A stretch of DNA of 64,000 bases from a virus: the IMG/VR virus record IMGVR_UViG_3300045988_129927; one strand, 5' to 3'. The notes under the pieces are model-generated. The model searched no databases, was not told the DNA's origin, and was given only the letters and a program-made list of their open reading frames with translations. The translations under genes and the position numbers were made by a program. This document shows positions 34,589 to 43,675 of the stretch, piece after piece (positions within the stretch are counted from its first letter, which is position 1; every line of letters begins with the position of its first letter).

Positions 34589-35848
34589 TTACTTTCTCAT
34601 TTCTTGAGAAATTTCACTGGTAATGAAATTAAATGTTTCATCTTGAATGCCTGTCGGCGTCTCTTCAGTGGAAACTTCTACAATACCATTAATGTCTACC
34701 TGACCATTGGTTTCGTAGTTTTTACCATAGTTATCGAACGATTCTTTAGAGACTTCTTTATCGTCTTTAGCAGGCTCGTCCCAACCAGGTTCTTCACCAC
34801 CTTCTTTATCACCTTTATCTTCTTCACCAGAGTCTTCATCTTTATTAGATTCTTCATCACCTTCAGACTCACCTTTACTACCATCCTCTTCACCAGAATC
34901 AGTTTCTTCAGTATCAGTAGTAGCTTCTTCATCGTCACCTGAGTCTTCATCAGTACCTTCGACTTCTTCACGGGCTTCTTTAATTTGTTCACCACGTGTT
35001 TCTACTTTCTCGGCTTTGTCTTTATCATCAGTGATGTTATCTACAGACAAAGATGCCTTAGCGTCTTTCTCTTTATCTGCTTCTTCTGCATCTGGTGTAT
35101 CTTCTGTATCAGATTCAGGTTTAGTTTCTACTACTTTATCTGCATCACCTTTTAACTCAGTTTGGTTTTGAGTATTATTGTCATCCAGGTAAACATTACC
35201 TTTAACAAAGAAACGACTATTTAATTTATCAGTTTTTTCTTCGTATTCTTCTTCAGAAGTTTCAGATAGTTCAGGAGGATAAATGACTTCTTCAGTCTTA
35301 ATAGGGAATTCAGGTACTTTATCATTCAAGTCTTTCACTTCAATTTCAGCACGAACCCATGGGTAGTAACCACCATTGCCATCAGGAACAGCGTCTACTT
35401 CCCATTTTAAACCACTATCTTCATCTGTAAAGGTATAGCGGTGTTTGAACATAGAGACAGAAGCCATGACTTTAAATTGAATAAAGTTTTCTTCAGTAGT
35501 AGGAACAGTAACTTCAATCTTACCTTCTTTAACATCAGATTTAGTAGTCAGTTCGTAACGTACATCACCACTACGTGAAGTTACTTTACGAATACGGATT
35601 TTACCACTGCCTCTATTCTTATCAGTACGTTCAACAGGAATGATGTGTTGTTCTTGGATTTCTGCTTTATCCGCTTTCTTAAGTTGAGAGAAATCTAGAA
35701 TACGTGCGTATACAGTATGTTCTTTTTCACGTACTGCTTTACCGACATTCTCAATCTCTTCATTTAGTTTTTGCTCAGTCTCTTGATCAGCTATCTGTTC
35801 AGCAGCTTCTCGAGAAATACTAGCGAAATTTAAATCAAATAAACTCAT
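34589..35848 (-). CDS. CYTH/triphosphate-tunnel-like domain protein with a long poly-acidic tail
   Basis: Residues ~41-190 follow the CYTH strand pattern: EKEHTVYARIL, IQEQHII, KIRIRKV, YELTTKS, KIEVTVP..ENFIQF, MFKHRYTF, LKWEVDAVP...WVRAEIEV. Residues ~232-365 are Asp/Glu/Gly/Lys-rich (EEDGSKGESEGDEESNKDEDSGEEDKGDKEGGEE). Confidence 0.5.
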   Translation of the reverse strand: MSLFDLNFASISREAAEQIADQETEQKLNEEIENVGKAVREKEHTVYARILDFSQLKKADKAEIQEQHIIPVERTDKNRGSGKIRIRKVTSRSGDVRYELTTKSDVKEGKIEVTVPTTEENFIQFKVMASVSMFKHRYTFTDEDSGLKWEVDAVPDGNGGYYPWVRAEIEVKDLNDKVPEFPIKTEEVIYPPELSETSEEEYEEKTDKLNSRFFVKGNVYLDDNNTQNQTELKGDADKVVETKPESDTEDTPDAEEADKEKDAKASLSVDNITDDKDKAEKVETRGEQIKEAREEVEGTDEDSGDDEEATTDTEETDSGEEDGSKGESEGDEESNKDEDSGEEDKGDKEGGEEPGWDEPAKDDKEVSKESFDNYGKNYETNGQVDINGIVEVSTEETPTGIQDETFNFITSEISQEMRK

Positions 35849-35862
35849 GAGTTTAATCCTTT

Positions 35863-36348
35863 TTATTCAATGACTGGTTTACCTGCAAACCAGATATCTG
35901 TAATTTTGTTTACTAAAGACATAAAGATTCTGAGTAATTCATTTGTATTAATATCGTTTCTAATAATACCAGCAGTAATTACACCACCAATGACAGCAAT
36001 AAACAAGAAAAGAAAAGCATAACCTGCCCACCACAGAAAGTTAATTCTAAACTTCTTGACCTCTTGGTCGTAGTCAAGTATTTCATTGACTTTACCAGAA
36101 CCACAAAGATAACCATAAATCACAATCATTTGTTCTTCAAATGTCAATTTATTAATGGCTTCTTTAATTTCCTTACCAGTCATTTCACCAGTAATATCAG
36201 AATAATTTGAGTTCTTTTTAGCAATATTGTTATACTCGTCAATCAGACGAGTTAAACCTGCATCATCTTCTTTTCTGTTATTTAATACAAAATCATTACG
36301 GATGTTCTTTAGACCCTTAGTAATCATTTCTGAATTTCTAACGGCCAT
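35863..36348 (-). CDS. Small protein with a C-terminal transmembrane helix
   Basis: 161 aa with the hydrophobic segment FLWWAGYAFLFLFIAVIGGVITAGII. Its ATG overlaps the upstream stop by 11 nt. Confidence 0.6.
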   Translation of the reverse strand: MAVRNSEMITKGLKNIRNDFVLNNRKEDDAGLTRLIDEYNNIAKKNSNYSDITGEMTGKEIKEAINKLTFEEQMIVIYGYLCGSGKVNEILDYDQEVKKFRINFLWWAGYAFLFLFIAVIGGVITAGIIRNDINTNELLRIFMSLVNKITDIWFAGKPVIE

Positions 36349-36622
36349 TATCTTCTCCCGTATAATCGTCTAAATAACTCGGCATTTTGCCTGAGTTAAT
36401 AATTTCATATAATTTCATTCTCGATTCGTTACTTACTTCACTTTCATTTTTATATCTTTCAATTTGATTACTATAGCGAGCAATCTTTAAAGTCTTTCCT
36501 GCGACCATTGCACAAAGTAAAAAGATAATAAGTAAAGTAAAGAAATAAATCAAGTTATCTTTGTTTCTTTTATATCCTACACGAATATATCTTAGGATAT
36601 CTAGATATAATTTATTTCCCAT
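36338..36622 (-). CDS. Small single-pass membrane protein
   Basis: 94 aa with the hydrophobic segment LIYFFTLLIIFLLCAMVAG. Its ATG overlaps the RuvC-like stop by 11 nt. Confidence 0.55.
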   Translation of the reverse strand: MGNKLYLDILRYIRVGYKRNKDNLIYFFTLLIIFLLCAMVAGKTLKIARYSNQIERYKNESEVSNESRMKLYEIINSGKMPSYLDDYTGEDNGR

Positions 36623-37196
36623 TTAATCCACCATCTAAGACATATTTCTTATAACCGTGATAACCAATCGCACAAGCGTCAATAGCATGTTCGTCTAACT
36701 CGGTGACAGGATTCACCAATTTCAACTTATTAGCTACTTTTTCTAAAGCAATAGTCATATCGTCTTTTTTAGCATTACCTTTAGCACCTATGGCTTTTTT
36801 AGCAGTCGGTGGGTCTACTTTAAAGAATGGTATTTGATTATTAAAATCAAACAATGTCTTCTGAATAATGGAAACCAGCTCTGTTAATACAGAGAATGCA
36901 GAAGGTGTGAATCTACTGAAGAATGGAGATTCGCAAATAACAATAGATGGACGAATGGATTCAAATAATTCCATTAACTCATTTTCCATTGCGGCAAAAC
37001 GAGCGAGTCTATCACCATATTGATTACTTGCGTGTTTTGAATACTGGGACAATTCAGTAGCGTGTACAGTAAATGCAGTTGTCTGAATAATATCGTAAGT
37101 TTTCAAATTCAATTCGTAGATAGCTACACCCAGACTACTGGAGCCTGGGTCAATAGCCATTAGATTACACACCCAGTCAGAGGTGTCAAAAGTCAT
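36612..37196 (-). CDS. ruvC: RuvC-like Holliday junction resolvase
   Basis: MAIDPGSSSLGVAIYEL supplies the first catalytic Asp, ICESPFF the Glu, and LDEHAIDACAIGYHGY the C-terminal DxxD-type acidic pair. At 194 aa the size fits RuvC or A22-type resolvases. Confidence 0.75.
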   Translation of the reverse strand: MTFDTSDWVCNLMAIDPGSSSLGVAIYELNLKTYDIIQTTAFTVHATELSQYSKHASNQYGDRLARFAAMENELMELFESIRPSIVICESPFFSRFTPSAFSVLTELVSIIQKTLFDFNNQIPFFKVDPPTAKKAIGAKGNAKKDDMTIALEKVANKLKLVNPVTELDEHAIDACAIGYHGYKKYVLDGGLNGK

Positions 37197-37214
37197 GATA
37201 AAACCTTAAATGAT

Positions 37215-38111
37215 TTATTGGTTTTGAGAGATATTCCAAATAGGCTCGTTAATACCTAAGTTGAAGATAGATTCAAAACCACCAGTGTTTGCACCAAGAT
37301 ATTGAATGGTACGGTTAATGTGGGCGATTTGTGCAGCGATTACTTCTGTAAATTGAGAACGACCAGATGAGGTTACAACCTCTACAGTCTTATCCACACC
37401 AGAGACCAAACCAATTTCAGAAATCACAGCAGTCATTGGGTCACCATGTAGAATATTAAATACATTGTATATTTCTTCTACGTCTTGTTTACCAAAGTTA
37501 ACAGGTACTTGAGCAACTGAACGCGCATAAGTCGCTTTCAATACGTTTTCTTCACCTACAGTCAGTTCTTGTGGTTGTGGTTTCAAATTACTGTCACGTG
37601 GCGTGAATTCAGTATTGGTAAATGAACCATCTGCTTGTTTGGTAATAATTTGCGTAGAAATTTGAGTACGAGACAAATCTAGGCGTTTTAAATAATAAGC
37701 ATAGTATTTTACACCTTTGAAGTTTTCTTCACGACGTAGTGCGTACTTAGCACGTTCTTGAGGAGTCAAGTCGTTATTAATTTCACGCATGACAAATGGA
37801 ACCATTTTAAATAGACCAGTATCATCTGCACGATGTTGGAATACTTTAGGGAAGGGCAATACATCTTGGTTATTGGTACAGTTTTGCATACTGATACCAC
37901 CGTAACCAATACAATAATAACCAATGGTAGGAATAGTAGTAGAAGGAGGACTTACATTTTGGTTAATTTTAAGATATTCATTCAATGTAGAATTAGGAGT
38001 AATGCTATAAGGTAAACCTAACTCACGACGAATTTGGTTTTCATTACCAATAATGGTACGAACCGATTCAAACACTGTACGCTTATTAGGTACAATAGTA
38101 GTTGTTGCCAT
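37215..38111 (-). CDS. Abundant structural-type protein of unknown identity (codon-biased)
   Basis: 298-aa ORF with RBS AAAAGGATAAAATA. It uses more C-ending codons than its neighbours. It has its own upstream hairpin plus a phased repeat block (38145..38186). Confidence 0.7.
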   Translation of the reverse strand: MATTTIVPNKRTVFESVRTIIGNENQIRRELGLPYSITPNSTLNEYLKINQNVSPPSTTIPTIGYYCIGYGGISMQNCTNNQDVLPFPKVFQHRADDTGLFKMVPFVMREINNDLTPQERAKYALRREENFKGVKYYAYYLKRLDLSRTQISTQIITKQADGSFTNTEFTPRDSNLKPQPQELTVGEENVLKATYARSVAQVPVNFGKQDVEEIYNVFNILHGDPMTAVISEIGLVSGVDKTVEVVTSSGRSQFTEVIAAQIAHINRTIQYLGANTGGFESIFNLGINEPIWNISQNQ

Positions 38112-38144
38112 ATTTTATCCTTTTATATTTTAATTGCAAAATTT

Positions 38145-38186
38145 GTAGGAACATTTTTCTGTAGGAATATCATTCCGTAAGAACAT
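38145..38186 (-). promoter_or_regulatory. Three phased 10-mers upstream of gene 37215..38111
   Basis: On the plus strand GTAGGAACAT (38145), GTAGGAATAT (38161) and GTAAGAACAT (38177) are spaced exactly 16 nt apart. They lie 34-75 nt upstream of the ATG at 38111, just after a hairpin. Confidence 0.4.
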
Positions 38187-38190
38187 CATA

Positions 38191-38224
38191 ACTGAGACGA
38201 CTACATTTCAGTAATCGTCCCAGT
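38191..38224 (-). terminator. Weaker hairpin after the 780-aa gene
   Basis: ACTGAGACGA (14-nt loop) TCGTCCCAGT: a 10-bp stem with one mismatch. Confidence 0.4.
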
Positions 38225-38232
38225 CAGATGTT

Positions 38233-40575
38233 TTATTTGTTATAATCCAAACCACGTAAATCTTTATTACGAATATTCCAATCCAGCGCTTCTTTGGCTT
38301 TCTTAGTATCTTTATCGTATTCAGACCAATCCAAATTACCACCAAACTGGTCAATGATTTTTCTTTTCATTTCATTTGGCATATTAATCCAAGATTGCAT
38401 ACCAGGTAGAGCAGGTAAAGACAATGGGTTTTCTAAACCTTCAATAGCATCACCTACAGCCCAGTTATACAAACCCACACGAACAAGGCTATCTGTATTA
38501 ATACGATTAGCACGAGTTAGGTGGTCGTCTAATGTCTTAACAGATGGGTCAATATTAAATTCTACAAAGATACGGATACCGCCATCATCAGAATGAATAC
38601 CATTGTCATCACTGATTTCGTAGATATCTTGTTTACCTACAGTATCATCATCAATAATTTCAGTAGCATAATTACTGAAGGCTGAATCAGTCACATGTTT
38701 GGTTTTCTTGTTATTACCACCATCAATTCTAACACTTCTAAAATTAGTAGCAATCAATGGCGTTTCGTTAATCTCACGAATATAATGTACAGAATAACTA
38801 GATAACTTAGTCATCAAACCAACCATAGCGCGATGAGTATTATTTAACGATTTAATATTGACATTATCTAAACCAGTAATCTTCTTCCAAATATCTGTAG
38901 CAATTTTTAACCAGTCTTGTTTTAACATTCCTTTTTCATCAAAAGACAATTGTGAAATAAACTGTGGGAATGTTTTTAAATCATTGGTTCTAAATGACAC
39001 ATTCTCAGTATGGTACATTTGATACACTGTCGCAATCTTATAAGTCGTTGCATCCAAGTGTTCATCTGTCTTGGCTTTATCTAACAAATAATTAAGTTGA
39101 GTAAATTGTTCGTAGACTTGCTCGTAGAAATCAATCGTATTAATAATAGGATGAATAGGAGAGAAAGTCTCAATTAATTCATTTAACCATTTATTAGATA
39201 CTAAAGTCGTATCTGGAATAACAGATTTTAACTGTTTTAATGTAGGTCGTTTTTTATTAGGTACTAAACCAATAGTATAATCAGGAATACATGGGTCGGT
39301 AATACCATTTAACTTATAAACAGCGTAAGTATAAAGCAATAAAGCATTCTTACTATTTAATGGAATCGTCTCACCATTTAAAGGATGAGTAATCGTAATA
39401 TAAGCTTTATAGGTTTTCTTGTGCGCCATTTCAATCCAGAAGTCTAATAACATATTAGGTAAAATATGGGTTTCTGAATCGGTAAAGTCAATGGCTTTAG
39501 ATTCTAGTATCTTAGTTTTTAGTTCAGAAGACAGAGAAGAACCTAAAAGATTCTTAGCATCTTTTTCTTCAAACTCACGTTCACGTAAGTTAAATGGAGC
39601 TAATGGATCTTCTTTATCCATCATTTGTTTTAATGATAATGTATCAGTAGTATTATCAATATTCTCTAAACCATTTAAAGATACTTTCTCAAACTTAGCA
39701 ATGGATTCAACATCCTTAACAATATCGTTATATACTTGGATAACATTATACTCTGCAATAGGTAAACTACGCAAGGTCATGATGTGTTTAATCAACCAAC
39801 GCTGAGTATGTCTTTGTCCAATATAGCGTTCTACCCAACGGATATTCTTATAAAGGATAATAGCTTGTTTAATGGTTAAATGTTCAAGATAGAAATCTAG
39901 AAAACCATGTGAAGCTAAGAAACGACGATAGTGATAAGAATGTGCTTCATTGGTTAAGCAATTCTCCATTCGTATTTCCATAACAGCTTCTAATAGTTTT
40001 TGATAAAGAACACCCATGAAGGTAATATTGTAATAAGTATTATCAATATTATATTGTTTTTGATACCATCTTTCTATCATTCCGTATATTCTGTCTTGTA
40101 GTCTTTCAATCAACGTATATTCGTTAATTTCTACAAAACGTTTATCGTAAGAAAGAATAGTACCATCTTCAGCATTAATGGCTGTTTCGATATCTACAGG
40201 ATTTAAGATACCTTTAATTAAGAGTTCTTTATTAGGATATCGAGCAACAAGCTCCTCGTACTTATGAGTTCCGTAAGAGTATTCTTTACGAGTATTTTTA
40301 TGTATTTTTAAATTTTCTTTATTGAAAATAATTCTTTCCGTAGTGTCTACAGAAATAACGTAAATAGGTTCGTCTGTTACGTGATATTCACCAGAGATAT
40401 GTTTATAGTATATCCAACTAGATGGGTCATTTTCATCGTATCGATGTAAGGTGCGGTAAAATAATTCATTACTCATGTCCCTAGCATCTTTTGTCGATTT
40501 AATAATCATGGTGGATACTAAGGCTAGACACTTATCGATATATACTTTATAGTGATAATCGTATTGATTAATCAT
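38233..40575 (-). CDS. Large hypothetical protein (probably virion-associated)
   Basis: Start moved to the ATG at 40575 (MINQYDYHYK...) after ATAAGGAATTTCGAT. It is 780 aa with no enzymatic motif I can recognise. Confidence 0.7.
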   Translation of the reverse strand: MINQYDYHYKVYIDKCLALVSTMIIKSTKDARDMSNELFYRTLHRYDENDPSSWIYYKHISGEYHVTDEPIYVISVDTTERIIFNKENLKIHKNTRKEYSYGTHKYEELVARYPNKELLIKGILNPVDIETAINAEDGTILSYDKRFVEINEYTLIERLQDRIYGMIERWYQKQYNIDNTYYNITFMGVLYQKLLEAVMEIRMENCLTNEAHSYHYRRFLASHGFLDFYLEHLTIKQAIILYKNIRWVERYIGQRHTQRWLIKHIMTLRSLPIAEYNVIQVYNDIVKDVESIAKFEKVSLNGLENIDNTTDTLSLKQMMDKEDPLAPFNLREREFEEKDAKNLLGSSLSSELKTKILESKAIDFTDSETHILPNMLLDFWIEMAHKKTYKAYITITHPLNGETIPLNSKNALLLYTYAVYKLNGITDPCIPDYTIGLVPNKKRPTLKQLKSVIPDTTLVSNKWLNELIETFSPIHPIINTIDFYEQVYEQFTQLNYLLDKAKTDEHLDATTYKIATVYQMYHTENVSFRTNDLKTFPQFISQLSFDEKGMLKQDWLKIATDIWKKITGLDNVNIKSLNNTHRAMVGLMTKLSSYSVHYIREINETPLIATNFRSVRIDGGNNKKTKHVTDSAFSNYATEIIDDDTVGKQDIYEISDDNGIHSDDGGIRIFVEFNIDPSVKTLDDHLTRANRINTDSLVRVGLYNWAVGDAIEGLENPLSLPALPGMQSWINMPNEMKRKIIDQFGGNLDWSEYDKDTKKAKEALDWNIRNKDLRGLDYNK

Positions 40576-40612
40576 ATCGAAATTCCTTATATACTTAAAG
40601 AGGTAATCAAAA

Positions 40613-43612
40613 ATGAGTGGTAAAAATGATAACACATTGTTAGATGCATTGAGCGAACACTTAAAAGGAAAACCTGTTAAGTTAGATGAACAAGACATTA
40701 GAAGAAATCCAGCCAGCTATTCGTTGTTTTCAAAACTTATTCGTAGTCGTAATGATGAGTCATTTAAAAACAATGGACAACTTACTGAAACCACACCTAG
40801 TTTAGATTATTTATTAGGGATGGCATCAGACAAGGCACAAGATATCGATGATAACGAAGCAATCATGCAGTTGTTACCTGACTTACAACGTGCTGCTCAA
40901 ATTTTGATTTCCTATGTCCTCTCACCTACTTATATTACATCAGGCCAAGAATTACAGTATCTGCCTCCACCTGGATTGTTTACACAAAACTCAGGTGTAC
41001 AGATGGTAGATAGAATTAAAAACTATATGGCTACTGGTTTTAATCTAGACGGTAGATTATACGACATCATGTATAAGATTCTGTTTACCAAAGGTGCCTA
41101 TTGTGTTGCTGTGATTCCAGAGTCAAGTCTAGATGAACTGATTAATCCAGAAATTGCTAAAGAATCATTCTCTTATCAAAGCAGTAAACAATCTATTGCA
41201 GAAATCGATAAACAACTTAACGATTACATGCGACCTTGTGCTGGTTTTGCTGGTAAAAGAACAGAAACTAAAAAAGAACATTATAATTCACTCTCTACCG
41301 AATCTTATTCTATTAATTTCAATAGTGTTGAAGTGACTTCTGGTAATACAGATGGCTCTTCCCCTACACTTTATCAAACAAACCATTCTACTGTATTTAA
41401 TAATACGGTAAATCATTTAATCGATACAAGAATTAAAGTAGACGATAAAATTGAATATGAATTTCCTAAAGAGATTTTCGATATCGATGGTGCTAAAAAA
41501 GATAAAAAAGATACCGAAATTACATTAAGTAAAGAAGGTAAATGGACAGTTGATTTAAAAGGTTCTGGTGAAGAAACACTTATTGAATATTCAGATGACT
41601 TGAACATGATTCGTTTAGGGCATATCCGTAAAGAAGCTACTGATAAACGAGTTAAGGGTACACTGGGTTTATCTCGTGAATCCTATATCGATAGAACCAA
41701 TGCTTCTGATAGACAAATCCTAGACAAATTATTTAAGAATATTGATAGTTTTGTCAATTCAGGTTATGGAGATGACAATAATCTTAAAGTATTGAAGAAC
41801 AATCGTCAAACATATCGTAAAGATTTGAATGAGCCTTTGGTGATTGAATACCCAGTAGAATCAATCATTCCTATTTATAAACCAGGTACTCCTTCTGAAC
41901 ATGTTGGTTATTTAGTATTACACGATGAAGAAGGTGCGCCTTTATCTAAAGTAAAACCTGTTAACTATTATCGTGATTTAAGTAATACATTTAATAGTCG
42001 TACCAGTGGTTCTAAGATGGCATCTTCACTTATTCAACAAGGACGCGAGATGTTCGATGGGATGAATTCAATGATTGATGAAGCTCGTCAAATTGAAATG
42101 TTATCTCGTATTCATGGTAATGCTATTATTAAAGAGATTATCGAAAGAACACGTCAAGGTGAATATGGTAAAAATCTAGATATTGGTGATTCTACTGAAG
42201 CATTTAGAATTATGTTCTATCGTGCATTAGCAGGACAAAGAACACGTGTATTATTCATGCCTAAAGACATTATGACCTATATGGCTCAAGACTTCGATAA
42301 TAAAGGCATGGGTCGTTCTTTAATTGATAACATGAAAGTATTGTTGTCTTTACGTATTCAATTCATGTTAGCACAAGTACGTGCAGGTATTGCTAATTCT
42401 ATTCCTGAGACAGTAGCTACCGTTAGAATTGATGAGAAAGACCCAGACCCTAAAAAGACGATTCAGATTGCACAAGCACTTACTTTAAAAACCAGATTAA
42501 CTGCTGGTTTAATGGTAGGCGCATCTAATGTACAAACGATTGAAGACAGAATTAATCAATCGAATATTCGTTTAGCAATTGAATCAGACCATCCTAAAGT
42601 ACCAAATATTGGTCACGATATCACAAGAAATACTGCTGATATCCCAGTACCTGATAATGATACTGCTGAATTGATTAATAGATTAGTACAAATGGGTACA
42701 TTCTTACCTCCAGAATTAGTCGATAATTCCTATGGTGTAGATTTTGCTCGAGAAGTATTACAACAAAACTTCTTAGTAGGCATGGTCGTTAAACAAATTC
42801 AAACCAAACAAAATCCTTACTTTACAGAGTTTGTTAAGAAACTTATCTTAGCTTCTCCTACGTTAAGAACAGAACTTAAAGAAACAGTTAAGTCAAACTT
42901 AAATGATATTCTTGATGTATTGAATGAAGCATCAGATGATGAAATTGATAAAACTGCTCTGAGTGATGATTCACTTAGAACAATTATTGAATACATCACG
43001 GATAAATTCATTGCTGGGTTAGTAGTTAAACTACCAGAGAAAGCTAATGATAATGATGAGATGATTAACGACCAAATCAGTAAAATGGAAGCTCGTATCG
43101 ATAAGACATTAGATTATATCTATTCACCAGAATCATTACCAAATGATGTATTGGGTGAAGAAGCCGCTAACTTTATTGACCAATACCGTGGTTTGATTAA
43201 AGCAGAGATTATGCGTAATTTCTTAATTGAATCTGGATTTGGTACTGAAGTTATGGACTTCATTACAATTAGTGATGATGGTGTCCAAACTTACGAGAAG
43301 AATGCTTCTATGCGCGACTTTGCTATTAAGACTATTAAGAACATGATGGATATGTTTGAGAAGTCTAAAAACATTGTTAAATCTACTACTGGATTTATGG
43401 AAGGTAACGACCTTAAACCTAGCGAAGGCGGCGGTGGTAGCTACGATAGTGGCGACAGTGGTGATAGCTCGGACGAAGGTGGTGACGATGGTTTCGGTGA
43501 CTTTGGTGATGAAGGAGGCGAAGGCGGTGAAGACGACTTTGACTTCGATGAAGGTGGAGAGTCTTCAGGAGAAGGTAGTCCAAACTCTGACGTAGACGGC
43601 GCACCTGACTAA
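40613..43612 (+). CDS. Large hypothetical protein with an acidic Gly/Asp/Glu tail (weak portal candidate)
   Basis: 999-aa ORF with RBS AAAGAGGTAATCAAAA. The C-terminus is GGGGSYDSGDSGDSSDEGGDDGFGDFGDEGGEGGEDDFDFDEGGESSGEG. The portal suggestion rests only on size and proximity to the capsid block. Confidence 0.7.
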   Translation: MSGKNDNTLLDALSEHLKGKPVKLDEQDIRRNPASYSLFSKLIRSRNDESFKNNGQLTETTPSLDYLLGMASDKAQDIDDNEAIMQLLPDLQRAAQILISYVLSPTYITSGQELQYLPPPGLFTQNSGVQMVDRIKNYMATGFNLDGRLYDIMYKILFTKGAYCVAVIPESSLDELINPEIAKESFSYQSSKQSIAEIDKQLNDYMRPCAGFAGKRTETKKEHYNSLSTESYSINFNSVEVTSGNTDGSSPTLYQTNHSTVFNNTVNHLIDTRIKVDDKIEYEFPKEIFDIDGAKKDKKDTEITLSKEGKWTVDLKGSGEETLIEYSDDLNMIRLGHIRKEATDKRVKGTLGLSRESYIDRTNASDRQILDKLFKNIDSFVNSGYGDDNNLKVLKNNRQTYRKDLNEPLVIEYPVESIIPIYKPGTPSEHVGYLVLHDEEGAPLSKVKPVNYYRDLSNTFNSRTSGSKMASSLIQQGREMFDGMNSMIDEARQIEMLSRIHGNAIIKEIIERTRQGEYGKNLDIGDSTEAFRIMFYRALAGQRTRVLFMPKDIMTYMAQDFDNKGMGRSLIDNMKVLLSLRIQFMLAQVRAGIANSIPETVATVRIDEKDPDPKKTIQIAQALTLKTRLTAGLMVGASNVQTIEDRINQSNIRLAIESDHPKVPNIGHDITRNTADIPVPDNDTAELINRLVQMGTFLPPELVDNSYGVDFAREVLQQNFLVGMVVKQIQTKQNPYFTEFVKKLILASPTLRTELKETVKSNLNDILDVLNEASDDEIDKTALSDDSLRTIIEYITDKFIAGLVVKLPEKANDNDEMINDQISKMEARIDKTLDYIYSPESLPNDVLGEEAANFIDQYRGLIKAEIMRNFLIESGFGTEVMDFITISDDGVQTYEKNASMRDFAIKTIKNMMDMFEKSKNIVKSTTGFMEGNDLKPSEGGGGSYDSGDSGDSSDEGGDDGFGDFGDEGGEGGEDDFDFDEGGESSGEGSPNSDVDGAPD

Positions 43613-43635
43613 AAAATAAAATCATAAAGGATATC

Positions 43636-43667
43636 TAGAGTAGAGAGGGAAATCCCTCTCTACTCTA
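43636..43667. terminator. Bidirectional hairpin between convergent genes
   Basis: TAGAGTAGAGAGGGA aa TCCCTCTCTACTCTA: 15-nt perfect arms, giving an effective 14-bp stem with a 4-nt loop. Confidence 0.7.
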
Positions 43668-43675
43668 TTTACCTT

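Noticed and set aside
34604-34995. Alternative-frame ORFs across the low-complexity regions: 34604..34942 and 34696..34995, also 43356..43625 and 45046..45616.
   Set aside because: They arise because the repetitive acidic or Asn/Gly-rich coding sequence is stop-free in several frames. The main frames are supported by flanking non-repetitive protein sequence and an RBS.
40576-40698. Long N-terminal extensions in the ORF track, here 41 extra codons. Similar cases are 3473..3544, 4074..4169, 5523..5621, 8092..8139, 20615..20668, 23644..23676, 27868..27906, 32533..32565, 34489..34515 and 51983..51988.
   Set aside because: The extended starts are TTG, GTG or ATG codons without an RBS, and several would overlap the neighbouring gene or its RBS. 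In each case an internal ATG is preceded at 5-9 nt by the AAGGA-type RBS seen throughout the window.
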